From Eledone cirrhosa (Eukaryota): DNA of 64,000 bases. Below, one piece after another: positions 26,521 through 40,106 of the stretch (its first letter is position 1; each line of letters starts with the position of its first letter). The translations under genes were made by a program, and so were the position numbers. The stretch spans positions 360,096,001-360,160,000 of the forward strand of contig OZ024740.1 in the NCBI GenBank assembly GCA_964016885.1. Reading direction: 5' to 3'. A model generated the notes under the pieces. That model saw only the letters and a list, made by a program, of their open reading frames with translations. It was not told the origin of the DNA and ran no database searches.

Positions 26521-26593
26521 ATGGCTGTATTAAGAATATCTCCTTTCATTATAACAAGTATTCTGCTGATTTTTGGTTTGAACTTAATCAGAG
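26521..26593 (+). CDS. Coding exon 1 (signal peptide) of a 154-aa secreted protein of unknown function
   Basis: Acceptor ttaattacAG at 26512, ccaccaATG, MAVLRISPFIITSILLIFGLNLIR hydrophobic leader, GAG|GTAAGT donor, phase 1. Confidence 0.85.
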
Positions 26594-26647
26594 GTAAGTT
26601 GTACATCTATAAATAATAACCAATATTATTTTCTCATATTACTACAT

Positions 26648-26985
26648 TGCTTAATGGTTAGAACGTTGGGCTTACAATTGTGAGGTTGTGAGTTTAATTC
26701 TCAGACCAGGCTTTGCATTGTGTTCTTGAGCAAAACACTTTATTTCATGTTGCTCCAGTTTACTCAGCTGTAGAAATGAGTTGCAACGTCACTGGTGCCA
26801 AGCTGTATTGGCCTTTGCCTTTTCCTTAGACAACATTGGTGTCATGGAGAAGGGGGGCTGGTAAGCATAGGCAACAGCTGGTCTTCCACAAACAACTTTG
26901 TCGAGACTTGTACCTCGGAGGGGAACTTTCTAGGTGCAAATTCCATGGTCATTCATGACCAAAGGTGATCTTTACCTTTTACGAC
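26648..26985 (+). mobile_element. tRNA-derived SINE in the intron of the secreted-protein gene
   Basis: A-box-like gcttaatgg, B-box-like gagtttaattc, core ttcttgagcaaaacactt...ctcagctgtagaaatgag shared with 16875-17037 and 21808-21935. Confidence 0.7.
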
Positions 26986-27575
26986 ATTACCATTATTTTT
27001 ATCACATCTGTCATGTTTATAACTGCTTCATTCTTTTTAGTCTTTGAATAAATGCATAAGTCTTTACGCATTAACTGCGTTAGTGTAATTCATAAAATAC
27101 TGTTTGTAACATTGAGTACTTTACCTACATATAATCTAGTTGATAAATTGTCACCCATGCATAATTTTTGTTGAATAAAAGACCTTTGGAATGGTGACAA
27201 CCGATCTACCATGACATTTCTAACTATGACTATCTTGTCTTTATTGTAAATAAATTATCTGCAGTTTAAAGACAGCAAATAGTTTATTAAGAGAGATTGA
27301 GCAGGTGTAGAATTATGCTCAAATCAGTGATATAAAATTTATTGTTTTTGTGCCTTTAATTTAGCAACTATTGTCCAGACAGCAACTAATTTCCTTCAAT
27401 TAATTCAGATGGAATCCCAGACACTATGAAAGTGTGTTGTTTTTGAAGTAGATACAATGTTACTTTGAAGTATTATTTTAATTTGATTTTGAACAATAAC
27501 GTTACACTAGGGCAGTAATCATTTTACTCCAAATTAAGAAATTAAATACTTAGAATTTTTTGCTTCTTTCTGCAG

Positions 27576-27967
27576 ATTGCTATGGTAATTTCTGGCCTCC
27601 AATGTATATGAATCAAGAGATGGGTGGTTTCCAGCCTTTCACATATCATAAGTACTTAAACTCACTGCCTCACTTCAATTTTTATGGTGATGACCTTAAA
27701 CAAAAAATAAAGAACAAACTGAAAAATGCAATGAAAATCTCAGGTGATTTCAATTTCCTAACGAATGATTTAAATTATAAGTTCAAACAGGATACAAATA
27801 AGTTATTGCAGGAAGCTCGAGCAGAATATAAAAAAGGTAATACAGGAAATGGCAAGTTACAAAAATTGGAGCGAACTGCATCCTGTGGTAAAAATTGTAT
27901 TCTCAAAGTTGTAATTCAAAGAGCTAATGGGAATTATTCTGAAAAAATCACGAAAAGTTATAATTAG
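27576..27967 (+). CDS. Coding exon 2 of the secreted protein (DCYG-NFWPPMYMNQEMGG...KITKSYN*)
   Basis: Polypyrimidine acceptor tttttgcttctttctgcAG at 27575; phase matches exon 1 (G|AT = Asp); 130 open codons in very AT-rich DNA; donor AG|GTATGT 25 nt after the stop. Confidence 0.85.
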
Positions 27968-28707
27968 ATGGAATTTGAATCATGGAAGAAAGGTATGTTT
28001 AATAAAAAGTAATTATTTTCTTGACGACTGTTAAATGTATTTAAACGTATTGTCAGTGGTCTAGCTCCCCCAAATGAAGGTCAAAGGCTAGAAAAAATAA
28101 TTCGATGATAATTCCCAGTATTTAAACATTTTATTTTAATTGACTATGGAAGCAGTGACCCTCACATTTATCTCAACATCCAGGATGTGGGAAGCAGTAA
28201 AAAAGTCAGTAATAGTGGCATTCCAAATGAGACATCTACCTCTTACCCAAGGACAAAGAATATGACCATCAAACAATTAGGTTGCCGTTTTATATTGTTA
28301 TTGTCAATGGTAAATATACTTAACTTAAATCCAGGGGAGAATTTCTCTCATATGTCTCAACTCAACAAAAACTAGAAATAATCATTGGCCTGTTAGATTC
28401 TTGATACTTCTAAATTCTTCTATCTAAAACATGTATACTTTTACTTAATTGAAAATTACACCTTCCATAATACTCTATTTACTAGGGTGGTGAATGAGCA
28501 GAGCATTGGTAGATGATTGCTCTACTGCATTCAGTTTCATTTTTCTATGTTCCAAGTTTCTGTTTCTCCTGAGGTCATCTTCATCATCCTCTGTTTTGTA
28601 TGTAGCAGGAATGTCATTAAATATATATCTTGAGACTGCAATCAAACTCATCTCTTGCAAAAACAATTTCTAATCCTAACTTTATTTAATTTAATTTAAT
28701 TATATAG

Positions 28708-28815
28708 GTATGCTGTGTATCCTTTTTTAACTGGTACCAAATCCACTGGCAATGTAGAACAAGTGCAGACAAACAAAATAGGAATTGTTAAACAATAAAA
28801 GAGTAAAACATAAGC
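28708..28815 (+). other. Putative 3' UTR exon with poly(A) signal
   Basis: AT-rich acceptor tatatAG at 28707 and AATAAA at 28794-28799. Confidence 0.4.
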
Positions 28816-28852
28816 TTTCTGCAGTTTATTTATTTCGACCTTGTATTATTTT

Positions 28853-29190
28853 CAGTATCGGTAGAGGGCCGGACGCCATGCTTTGACACATAGAGTTACA
28901 GTCCTTGCCATTCTGAGTTCAAATCCCGCTGAGGTTAACTTTGCCTTTCATCTTTACGAGATCGATAAAATAAAGTACCAGTAATGCACTGGGTAATTGC
29001 TGGCCTTGTGCCAAAAGTAGAAACAATTATTTTACTTTGCAGCAAAGAGTTACGGCCCTTTATGGTCTGAGTTCAAATCCCAACGAGGTTAACTTTGCCT
29101 TTCATCCTTACGGGGTCGATAAAATAAAGTACCAGTAATATACTGGAATAATTGCTGGCCTTGTGCCAAAAGTAGAAACAATTATTTTAC
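28853..29190 (+). mobile_element. Tandem pair of MetaSINE-like copies
   Basis: Two consecutive units, each ending ggccttgtgccaaaagtagaaacaattatttttacttt. Confidence 0.8.
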
Positions 29191-29274
29191 TTTAAGCATC
29201 CTTGGAACATATATATATATATATACACAGGCATATATATATATGTATGAGTGTGTGTATATATATATCAAATG

Positions 29275-29570
29275 GAATGTGTGTAAGCAATGCCCTGGTG
29301 TATCTCTCAAAACAATCGGTGTCTCCATTGAATTGGTGTGCCCTGAGTGTGGAAAGATTTGCTTGAGCAAATCTGGTCTCAGGAGCCACAGAGAGAACCA
29401 GTGAACCATGATCTCCATGGTATTGTGACAGTTCACAGGCAACCTGATGCAAGGCCCGAGGCCAGGGAGATCCATAGTTGTCGTCAATGTGCAAAGGAGT
29501 GCAAGTCTCGAGCAGGCTTGAAAAGCCATATCCGATCATCATACACCTGAATCTGACAAGCAATTGCAAT
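29275..29570 (+). mobile_element. RTE (BovB-like) LINE 3' end with C-terminal zinc finger
   Basis: WKDLLEQ... and CRQCAKECKSRAGLKSHIRS. Confidence 0.6.
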
Positions 29571-29609
29571 ACTCTTAGCATGAGTTTGCAGCCATCATAT
29601 ATATATATA

Positions 29610-29760
29610 TAAAAGGTAAATAAAAATAACACAAACGGTACATTATATGGAAGGAATATATTCATTTAATGCTTAAAATAGCAGGAAGAGGGTCTTAACG
29701 TTTTAGACACTAGTCTTTCATCAGAAGAATGAGAAATTAGAAAAATTGAGGGAACATATA
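29610..29760 (-). mobile_element. Penelope pLTR-like fragment with degenerate hammerhead motif
   Basis: Minus strand tctt-CTGATGA-a-agac-tagt-gtct-aAAA-CGTT-aaga, next to (TA)n. Confidence 0.55.
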
Positions 29761-31066
29761 TGTGTATGTGTATATATATCATCACCATTATCACTGTTTA
29801 ACATCTATTTTTCCACATGGGGTGTCATGTTATGAGATTGGATAGGTCAGGTGACCATGTTTTGCATGTACTGGGAGCTTTTTTTTGTTCTTTGTTTTTG
29901 TGGAACCACCACTTGCTCCTTATAGGGTGGGCTGGATGCTTTTTTGTCATGGCACCAGCATAACCACCGTATAGAGTAAATTAGGTGCCTTTTGTCATGG
30001 CACCAGTACAACCACTTTCAAGGCAGACTGGATGTGTTTTTGATGTGATACCAGCATGACCACCCTACCAGGCAGACAAGGTGCTTTTTGTAGTGGCACC
30101 TGCACTACCATCGTATAGGGTGAACTGGGTGCTTTTTGTGTTGTGGCACCAGTACTGTGGGAGAGCAAGTGATGTGTCATGTTTGACTTTCTATGCATGC
30201 ATGTGTTGGTAAAGAAAGGTGTATGAAGGCTGTGGCAGAGAGTTGGGGGAGCACATCACCCTCATCACCATTGTTAAATTACTATTTTCCATGCCCCTGG
30301 GTCAGACAAGCAGTCACACCCTGAGACAAGGCCAGACAGGTGATCATATCTAGTTCATGTTCCATTTTGACATGATTTCCAACAACATCTGAGCATTTTA
30401 TTATGGTATGAGGTGGGGCATGCCCAGCTTTCCATGTTGGCATGGGTTGAATGTGGAAGGGAGGCTGGAATGTGTCTGTCTTTGTGGGCAAGAATTCAGC
30501 TGAGCTAGGTGGGAGGGGGGGAACAGTTGGACGTTAAGTTGGGGTTGGAGAAAGTAAGCATGTATGTATATATAAAGTGGATGCAGCACAGCTGAAAGGT
30601 TAAGGTTTTCACTTTTTAATCATTAGGTTCCAAGTTCAATTCCAATGCATGGCATCTTGAGCAAGTGTCATTTACCATAGCCTTGGGGTGACTTATGATT
30701 TGGTTTGATGGAAAATGTTTAAAAGCCTATTGGATAGACTAGACTGCACTTGTAATTCAAAGGACCAGCCTTATAACATACACTGTGTCATGCTGAATCT
30801 CCCTGAGAATTACGTTAAAGATACATGTTTGTCAAATTCTCAGCCTCTTACATGTTAATTTCTGTTGACCAAACAACTAGAACACTCATCAAAACTGATG
30901 GATATCCATTATGGTGGATTGGCAGTATCGGTAGAGGGTCGGATGCCATGCTTTGACGCATAGAGTTATGGCCTTGCCATTCTGAGTTCAAATCCGAATA
31001 AGGTGAAACATTTGATCTCGGTATGGTAAAATAACTGTTGTGTAACTACTTCTACCAGTGTTCTAC

Positions 31067-31134
<68 letters not shown>

Positions 31135-32415
31135 ATATATATACCATATATGCTCAAATATAAACTGATCCAAATATAAGCTGACTCCCTATTTTATGTT
31201 TGAGAGTTAGGCAAAATCCAAACCCTGTTTATAAGGCAAGGCAGGTAATCAACACATTACATTTAGATGGTGTGGTTTTGAAATTCTTATGAAATTTTAA
31301 TATTTAAAATGTTTATATTTAAAGTGGCATCTAGAGTATAGTTTTTGATTCACAACTCCATTACGTAATGATGTTTTACCAATTTCCAACTGTTTTGAAA
31401 TATTTTAGCACAACATTTACATATATTTGTGTGTGATATGTATTGAGGATATGACTGTATTTTCAATATAACATATATATACTAATGGCTTGAAATTAGG
31501 AGCTCCATTAACAACAAGCATATGAAAGTTTAGTCTTCTTGTTAAGAGATACAATAGGCTGTTTCAATATGTGTATTTTCTCAGAGATCTAAAAGTAGCA
31601 GTTACCTGCTTAGAGCAAATAAGATGCATGTCTTGTCAAATATTCTCCAGATAATGTAGGGCAGTTATCTCCCTGGTCGTGAAGCCATCGTATATAATAC
31701 ATACACATAAAGATACACCTGGTCACATGCACATACATCTACACATAAACATAAAAGTGGGCTTATTCAAACAAGCAGAGTGATTAACAATACACACAAA
31801 GTAACAACCACTGTTTTTGATTTTATGTGGTGGTGTTTGTGTCACAACCCCTCCTTGTCTCTACATCCTAACCAAGGACACAAGCACTCTAGTGTTGTAA
31901 TGAAGTAGTGCTGGTGCTATGACAAAATGCACCAAGCTCACTCTGTAAATTGGTAGTACTAGTGCCATGATGAAAAGCACCCAGTTCCCTCTGTAAGATA
32001 GTCATGCCAGCACCATGTTTAAAAAAAGCACCTATTCCACCCTGTAAGCTGGTAGGGCTCAAATCATCCTAAAATGCTCTTAGTAATGCTATAAAGTGGT
32101 TGGTGTTATAAAGGACATCCAGCTGTAAAAACCAAGCCCAAAACAGAACATATGAGCAAGACATTGTCACTGGACCAGTCTAGCCTCAGAACTTGACAAC
32201 ATATGTTAAACAGTGATGATAGGTAGATAGAAAAACAAACAGATAGTTAGATAGACAGATAGGTAGGTAGAGAGATAAATAGATCTTATTGTCATAAAAT
32301 AGTTACATAGGTAGCTATAGTTAGCTGTTGTGATTTCACTGACCATCTACACATACACGATATGGGAGGAAACATATGTATAAGAGAGAGGAGAGGAAAA
32401 AAGGAATGTACTTAC

Positions 32416-32534
32416 ATTACCACTTCTCAGGATATCACAAAATGATTGTCATGTGATCATGTGTTTTATTTTAATATTATCATCAAGCCCCTATATATTA
32501 TTTAAATATGTGCAGAGGCAGTACAATAGCCAAT
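32416..32534 (-). promoter_or_regulatory. Possible TATA/CCAAT promoter and short non-coding first exon
   Basis: CCAAT at 32530-32534, TATATAG(GGGC) at 32497-32491 on the minus strand, GTAAGT donor at 32415-32410. Confidence 0.25.
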
Positions 32535-33280
32535 GAGGGTTATCCGAGGCATGGTTATTGCTAGTTGAAAACTATTTATTATTTAAATATGTAAAGAAAT
32601 AGAACTTAAAATATACAAAATGTAAGTTAATTGTTGCTAAGTCAATAAATCACTTCTAGCTGTTAGTATGAATTGTAATTTACTTTTTTTAATAGATATT
32701 ACAACCTGCATTATGCAAAAAGAATCAATGAATATGCAGAGATTTTTTACTGTTAGTTGTTGTTATCTACAGACACAAACATATAAATCATTAACCACAT
32801 ATGGTTAAATACAGAAATCATAAATATTTATATTTTTTCACACATTACTGTGCAACTTTTAGCAATGTGGACAATCAGTTTTGAGTTGTGTACCATTTTC
32901 TAAGAATTATCATGTATAAATTGTCTCTAGATGTGTTGCATGAAACTGCAAGATAAAGTTTGATGTATCACAATTTTGTGTGTGAAAAAAAAGCCCACCA
33001 AGTCTACCTTGAAAGGTTGTTGTGCTGATGACATGACATGACAAAAAGCGCACAGTTCACCCCCTAAATTGCAAGTGCAGGTGACACAACACAAAGCACC
33101 CAGTCCACCCTATTAGATGGTCATTTTGGTGCCACGATAAAACACACCCAGTCCACCCTGCAACGTGGTAGAATGGGCATCCAACTGTAGAAACCAAGTC
33201 AAAATACAGATCTGCATGAGCAAAATGTGGTCACTCACAATCAATCAGTGAACGTTTTACTTGAATAGATTCTGCTGACA

Positions 33281-36205
33281 ATCATCATCATCGTTTAACG
33301 TCCATCCTCCACCCTAGCATGGCTTTGGACAGGAATTTTCCCACTTGAGTGGTTGTCTTGCTCGTATAGGACTGTCTGGCGGGTTTTCTACGGCTGGATG
33401 CCCTTCCTAACACCAACCACGTTTACAGTGTGAACTGGGAGGTTTTTGCCATGTTACCTACACGGCCACATTACAGCGTGGACTGTTTTTTTGTCGTGAC
33501 ACCTGCACTGGATGTTGTGGTACCAACATAACTTTACATTGAAAGGGGTGGTGTGGATGGAGTGGGGGTAGTGGGACAGGGGTGTATTTTGGTTAAGAGG
33601 TGCCTACTGACTGTAGGTTTTGCTTTGTACTTAAGCAAGGTGGATCTTCTGTATGACTGTGTAGCGCCAAAGATCTCGGTCCAGTGACATTGTCTTGGAG
33701 AGGTGTAAGTGTGTGAGGTCGGAATTTATCAAGTCGTCCCAGGTTTTTCTGGGTCTGCCTAATCCGTGGCTTCCGTCTATTTTTATCGCCTGCACTTTTT
33801 TATACAGCTGTCGTCTTTCATGCGCATCACGTGACCGTACCAACGTAGTCTTCTCTCGAGTAAACAACATCTGATCCCTCTTATTCCTAATTTTTTCCTT
33901 AGTTCGTTTATGCTTTGCCGTTCACGTATATTACTATTACACATCCAGCGGAGAATGCAAGCTTCGTTCCTCTCCAGTCTGCGTATATCCTCTGCACACA
34001 ATGCCCATGTCTCACTGCCATGTAACATAGCTGTTTGTATGCAGGCATCATACAGCCTGCCTTTCATTTTTAGAGAGAACCCTTTAGTGGCCAATAGTGG
34101 TATAAGCTCTCTGAACTTTTTCCATCCCATTCTGACTCTAGCTACTGTACTTTCAGAGCACCCTCCACCACTGCTTATTTTGTCACCCAGGTAATGGAAG
34201 GTGTCCACTATTTCTATAGAACCATCTGTGCAATGGAATGAGCTAGTATTCTGTGAGCACTTGCTGCTACTTATTGTACCAGAGCACCGGCCACATATAA
34301 AATCTATATTCTTAGTTAGCTTACCTGTGATCCCACTACATCTTTTATGCACCCATACTTTGCATTTGGGACATAAGATGGAGTTTCTGCCTACTCCTTT
34401 CCTATACACTGAGCATGGCCATTTCCCAGATGGGACCGGTACCCTATTTTCCTTCCTACAAACTAGAACTTTAGTCTTAGACAGGTTAATTTTAAGGCCT
34501 TTTGATTCTAGGCCGTGCTTCCATGTTTGGAATTTCTTCTCTAGTTCAGCCATTGATTCAGCTATGAGCATTAGATCATCTGCGTATAGGAGTTCCCATG
34601 GGAAGCCGGTCTTGAACTCCTGTTATAGCCTGAAGGGCAATAATAAATAGTAGGGGGCTAAGAACGGAGCCCTGTTGAACACAAACTTTTACGTAAAACT
34701 CTTCACTATATTCTTTGTTAATTCTAACCTTGCTGACTGTTTTTTTATACATGGCTTGTCTAGCTCTCACAAGCCATTCATCAACACCTAGTTTTCTAAG
34801 AGCCCACCAGATAATGGAGCTGGGGACTCTGTCAAAGGCTTTCTCAAAGTCAAAAAAAGCTAAGTATAGGGGTTTACTTTTAGCTAGGTACTTCTCCTGT
34901 AGTTGTCGTACAATGAAAAGAGCGTCTGTGGTACTTTTACCTGACACAAACCGGAACTGCATTTCATCTAGATCAATTCTCTCTCTGATTAGTTGCACTA
35001 TTACTTTTTCTGTGACTTTCATGACCTGGTCGATTAATTTAATGCCGCTATAGTTACCCCTATCTAGGGCATCTCCTTTACCCTTGTAGCAGTTAATGAT
35101 GATGCTGCTACGCCAATCCTTCGGAATGACCCCATTCTGTATGACTTGGTTTACTATCCGGGTGGCCATAGTGTGTCCCACCGTTCCAGATGCTTTAAGC
35201 ATTTCAGCAACTATTTCCGAAGGCCCAGCCGCCTTACCCGTCTTCATATCTTTGATTGCCTTACTTATTATACTACCTTCAACTAACACTGCTGGTCCCT
35301 CTATTGGATCGATGTGGGGAAGACTGTCTTTCTCCCATTTATTCTCATTTAGTAGCCTTTCGTAGTGACACTTCCAAGCTACCTTCTTATCAGTGTCAGT
35401 GATGGCAAGTACACCATCATCATTAAGGACACACTTCTCCCCGACAATATCACGGTTTTCCTTGACACATTGCCTAGCAATCCTGAACACCTCATGTTTT
35501 TGGTCCTTGCGTTGTAGAACATGCTTGAACTTTCTTTCCTCTGCTTTCCTTCTTGCGAAGTACACTTGTCTCCTAGCCACTTGATAGTCTTCTCTACTTC
35601 CCTCATCCCGCCATACCTTCCAAGCCTGCTTTTTGGCCTTAATTGACTCCTCCATCTTACTGTTCCACCGCCACGTTACTCTCCTCCTGCCTATAGGCCT
35701 GCTCCAGCCACAGACATCATCTGCCGCATTCAGCAGGTTAGCTTTCAGGAATTCCCACTGTTCCTCTATATTGTACGACTCTAATTGCTCTTCCTTACTG
35801 TCAAAAGCATCAAGTAATATGCTTTTAAATTTATTACTGGCTGTGGGGTCCTTTAGCTTCCATATTTTTCTCCTGAGGATAGTCCTTCTCTGTTATCGAG
35901 TACGTCTTGTCCTGACTATGAGTCTATGTTGGGAGGTGCATTCTTCATGGGGGAGGGATTTAGTGTTTACAACAGACACTCTATCACGTCTTCTGGTAAG
36001 GATATAATCTATCTGACTGGCGTGTTCCCCTGATCTATAGGTGATCAAGTGATTGTCTCGTTTTTTTAAGTTAGTGTTACAGATAGTTAGGTTATTCCAG
36101 GATTCTGGAGCTTTCCTCATTTCTAGTACCAAACTCATAGCCTCCATGGATTCCGTCATAGCCATCAGAATGTTGTCCAACGTGACCATTTAGGTCGCCA
36201 GCAAT
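33281..36205 (-). mobile_element. 5'-truncated, frameshifted RTE LINE of the same family as 57140-60912
   Basis: ORFs 35893-36189, 34576-35655, 33783-34571 and 33631-33870 are collinear with and nearly identical in protein to the 1041-aa ORF; same 3' tail. Confidence 0.95.
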
Positions 36206-36379
36206 ATGCAATGATAATATGCAATGATATCTAAATATAGACAGATTAAGATGAATTCTTAGAGGACAACCCTATCAGTTCAATTTAAGTGGTTGTGTCA
36301 TGGCATGCAGTATGCTTTGGTGGTGTCATCTTTCAATATCTGAACTATTTTGCTTTTCTGAGAAACATTTTGAACCCCT

Positions 36380-38430
36380 CGTGAGTGGAAAAAAAGTGAA
36401 TATAAAATATCATTCTGTTAGTGACAAAAATGTCACTCCTCAGAAGAAAAAACTGAAATCCACTTTCTATGAAAGAGAGTTCCGTCAAGATTATTAAATG
36501 ATGAGAAATTTTCATTGTGGCTAGAATTGGGTAAAAAGAATGCAAATAAAGGTTATTGTAAATTGTGAGATAGCTGGTAGCTTAAGTCAAATAGTAAGGC
36601 TTGAAGAGACAGAAAAACAAAAGAATATGAAAATAGCAAAATAAATAATGAAGGTAATAAATTTCATAAAGTCTGCTCAATGTTCTTCTCACTTAATGAA
36701 TATACCATCGGCTAAGCTAAAACTGCAGATTTATTACTGATTGCTATTTCATTTGCCTTGCCTTATTGCCAACGTATGCTCTGATTAAAAAATCACCCAA
36801 GACATGAAGTGCGCAAGAACTAAAGTGACTTGCATTTTTTCAAATGTGATCACTCTCCATACTTTCAATGATTTATTGTCTAAGCTAAATTCAATAAAAG
36901 TTCTCTCTTATTGTAGCTGAAACAATAGACATTTCTATCAACAAGCAATTTATTCTTGTAACGAGATATTACAACTCTGAAATTCAAGACTGTGGACGAG
37001 TTTTTGACACTTCTGGGAATTAAAGATTGCAGTGCGCTTGGCATTTATAATTGGCTACAATCATTTTTTATTGAAAATAATGTCTCCCTTGAAAACTTAA
37101 TTGGATTTGCCAATGATAATGCCAGTGCTATGATGGGAAGCAAAGGAGGAGTTCAACATATATTGAAGCAGAAAAACCCTGATACAGCTTTGTGTTTAAC
37201 ATTCCTTACATCTCTGTGCTTCTAAAGCCTACAATGAATTACCACATTATTTGGAAAAATTAGCAAGAAATATTTTTTCATACCTGAACAACAGTCCAAA
37301 GTGCTTAGCTAAATATAAGGGATTTCAAAAAATTATAAATATCAGTCTTCACAAAATTTTTCATATTAGCTGTTCAAAATGGTTTTCTTTGAAATAAGTT
37401 GTACAAAGAATTTTGGAGCAGTGGCAAGCACTTTCGTCATATTTCACAATGACAGCATTGGAAGATGATATTCTCATGATAACTTACATAGCCCCATAAC
37501 AAAAATGTATTTTGATAAGCTCATTTTAGAGTTCCAGGCAGAAACATAAAATTCACAAGTTACGAAAGTCCATTAATATTGGAATGAAAGCTATTCTCAG
37601 TAACTTCATCAAAAGAGAGTTATTGAAGCTGAATGATACCAGAAAGTAAATGTGAATGATCATTCTACATACCTTAAAATAGAAGACATCGATGGTGCCA
37701 CAGCAGAAAGTATTTTGTTAGAAAACTCTGCTACCATTTCCCAAAAGAAGTTACAAGAATTTTGAGTAACAATATTGAGTTTCTGTGTGCCTTTCAAAAC
37801 AAATGATGCAACACTTCTTATCATCTGATATGTTTACAAATTTAGAGCTACTTGAAGCTTTAGACTCAATAAATTAATCATACCATTGGCAATGAAATTT
37901 TTCAACCTTGTGCACAGACGAATATGAATAAATATATAGAAATTGGAAGGAATTGGCTCTGCAAAATGCATCTCTTAATGCACAAAATGAGCCTGAAAAA
38001 TACTGGTTTCTTGTGTCTTAAGAAAAATGTGGTGACATATATCGCTACCCATCACTATCTAAGTTCATGATGCAACTTCTTTCATTGCTACATTCTTCAG
38101 CAGCTGAAGAAAGAGTTTTTTCCCTTCTCAATAACAAAAACAAAAATCACAATGCTTTAAAAACACCAACATTAAATGCTTTGCTAAGATCAAAGTCTCT
38201 GCTGCAAAATGTTGACTGAACTAAGTGGCTTCCACAATAACAACTTTGTCTCAAACTGCAAGAAAGAAACTAGTACAACAAATGTGGAAGAAGACATTTC
38301 TTTTTAATTAAAATTTATAAAGTAAATGAACATTTTCTTTTTTTTAACATTTATGGGGTTTCATATTGATATAATTGGATTTGGTATATTTTTGTATGTT
38401 TTGGTACAATTGAGAAAACAGTTTCAGCAG
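36380..38430 (+). mobile_element. Decayed hAT transposase relic
   Basis: BED-finger remnant (W...KGYCKL), DMKCARTKVT, LIGFANDNASAMMGSKGGVQ and the dimerisation motif LSLLHSSAAEERVFS; many stops. Confidence 0.8.
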
Positions 38431-38821
38431 CCGTATGTGAGTAGTCAAGTTATTCATTACCGAGAATTATTTACAACAAATACCACAACAATTTAGTTTC
38501 TCTCTTATGTAAATGTATTTGTTTATTAAGATGATCATTTGAAATAAAGAGTTTAATTGATGGAGACATTAAGGCGTTTGATTAAATACATCAGTATTTG
38601 TTCCATATCACTGCACTCTAAGTTCAAATCCTGCCAAGTCAACTTTGCCTTTCATCATTTCAAGGTTAATAAAGTACCAATTCAGTACTAGAAGTCAATT
38701 CTTCTTCCTCACTTTCTCTTCTCCCCAAAAGAAATTGGTTATGTTCAGATCTGGAGAGGAATGGGCTCTAACAAGTTTTAATATGTCAGGACAGCACCCT
38801 TATAACTCTACCAGGAGTTAA

Positions 38822-39050
38822 GATTCCTTTATCATCATCGTTATGTTTATGTCCGTTGTTTCCTTTTCCATGCTTGCATGGGTTAGATAGGTCTTTTCAG
38901 CACAGCATCTCTCCACTTGTCACGTTCTTTTGTCATCTCTATGAGTTCAAGTGACTCAAGATCAGCTCTCACCACATCGCCAAGGTCTTTCTTGGCCTAC
39001 TTCTACTGGGATTTCCAGGCTCTGCTTCACCCATCGATCATCATCCATGC
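38822..39050 (-). mobile_element. RTE LINE 3' end
   Basis: catcatcg...ttttccatgcttgcatgggtt tail and a RPRK-type C-terminal remnant. Confidence 0.7.
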
Positions 39051-39212
39051 GCATGCACATCTAACTGTTATATTTTTTTCCCTGTATCAATGTTTGTGCT
39101 CAATTAAGGTATTTCTACAAGAGAATGATTTACCACAAATATTACAGTGATATGGTTTCTCTCATATTCATTTTGAGAGAATAATTTACCAGACAGCACA
39201 ATGATAGGGTTT

Positions 39213-40106
<894 letters not shown>

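Noticed and set aside
27576-27967. Reflectin identity for the Met/aromatic-rich protein
   Set aside because: It lacks repeated M/FD-x5-MD-x5-MD motifs and has a signal peptide and a Lys-rich body.
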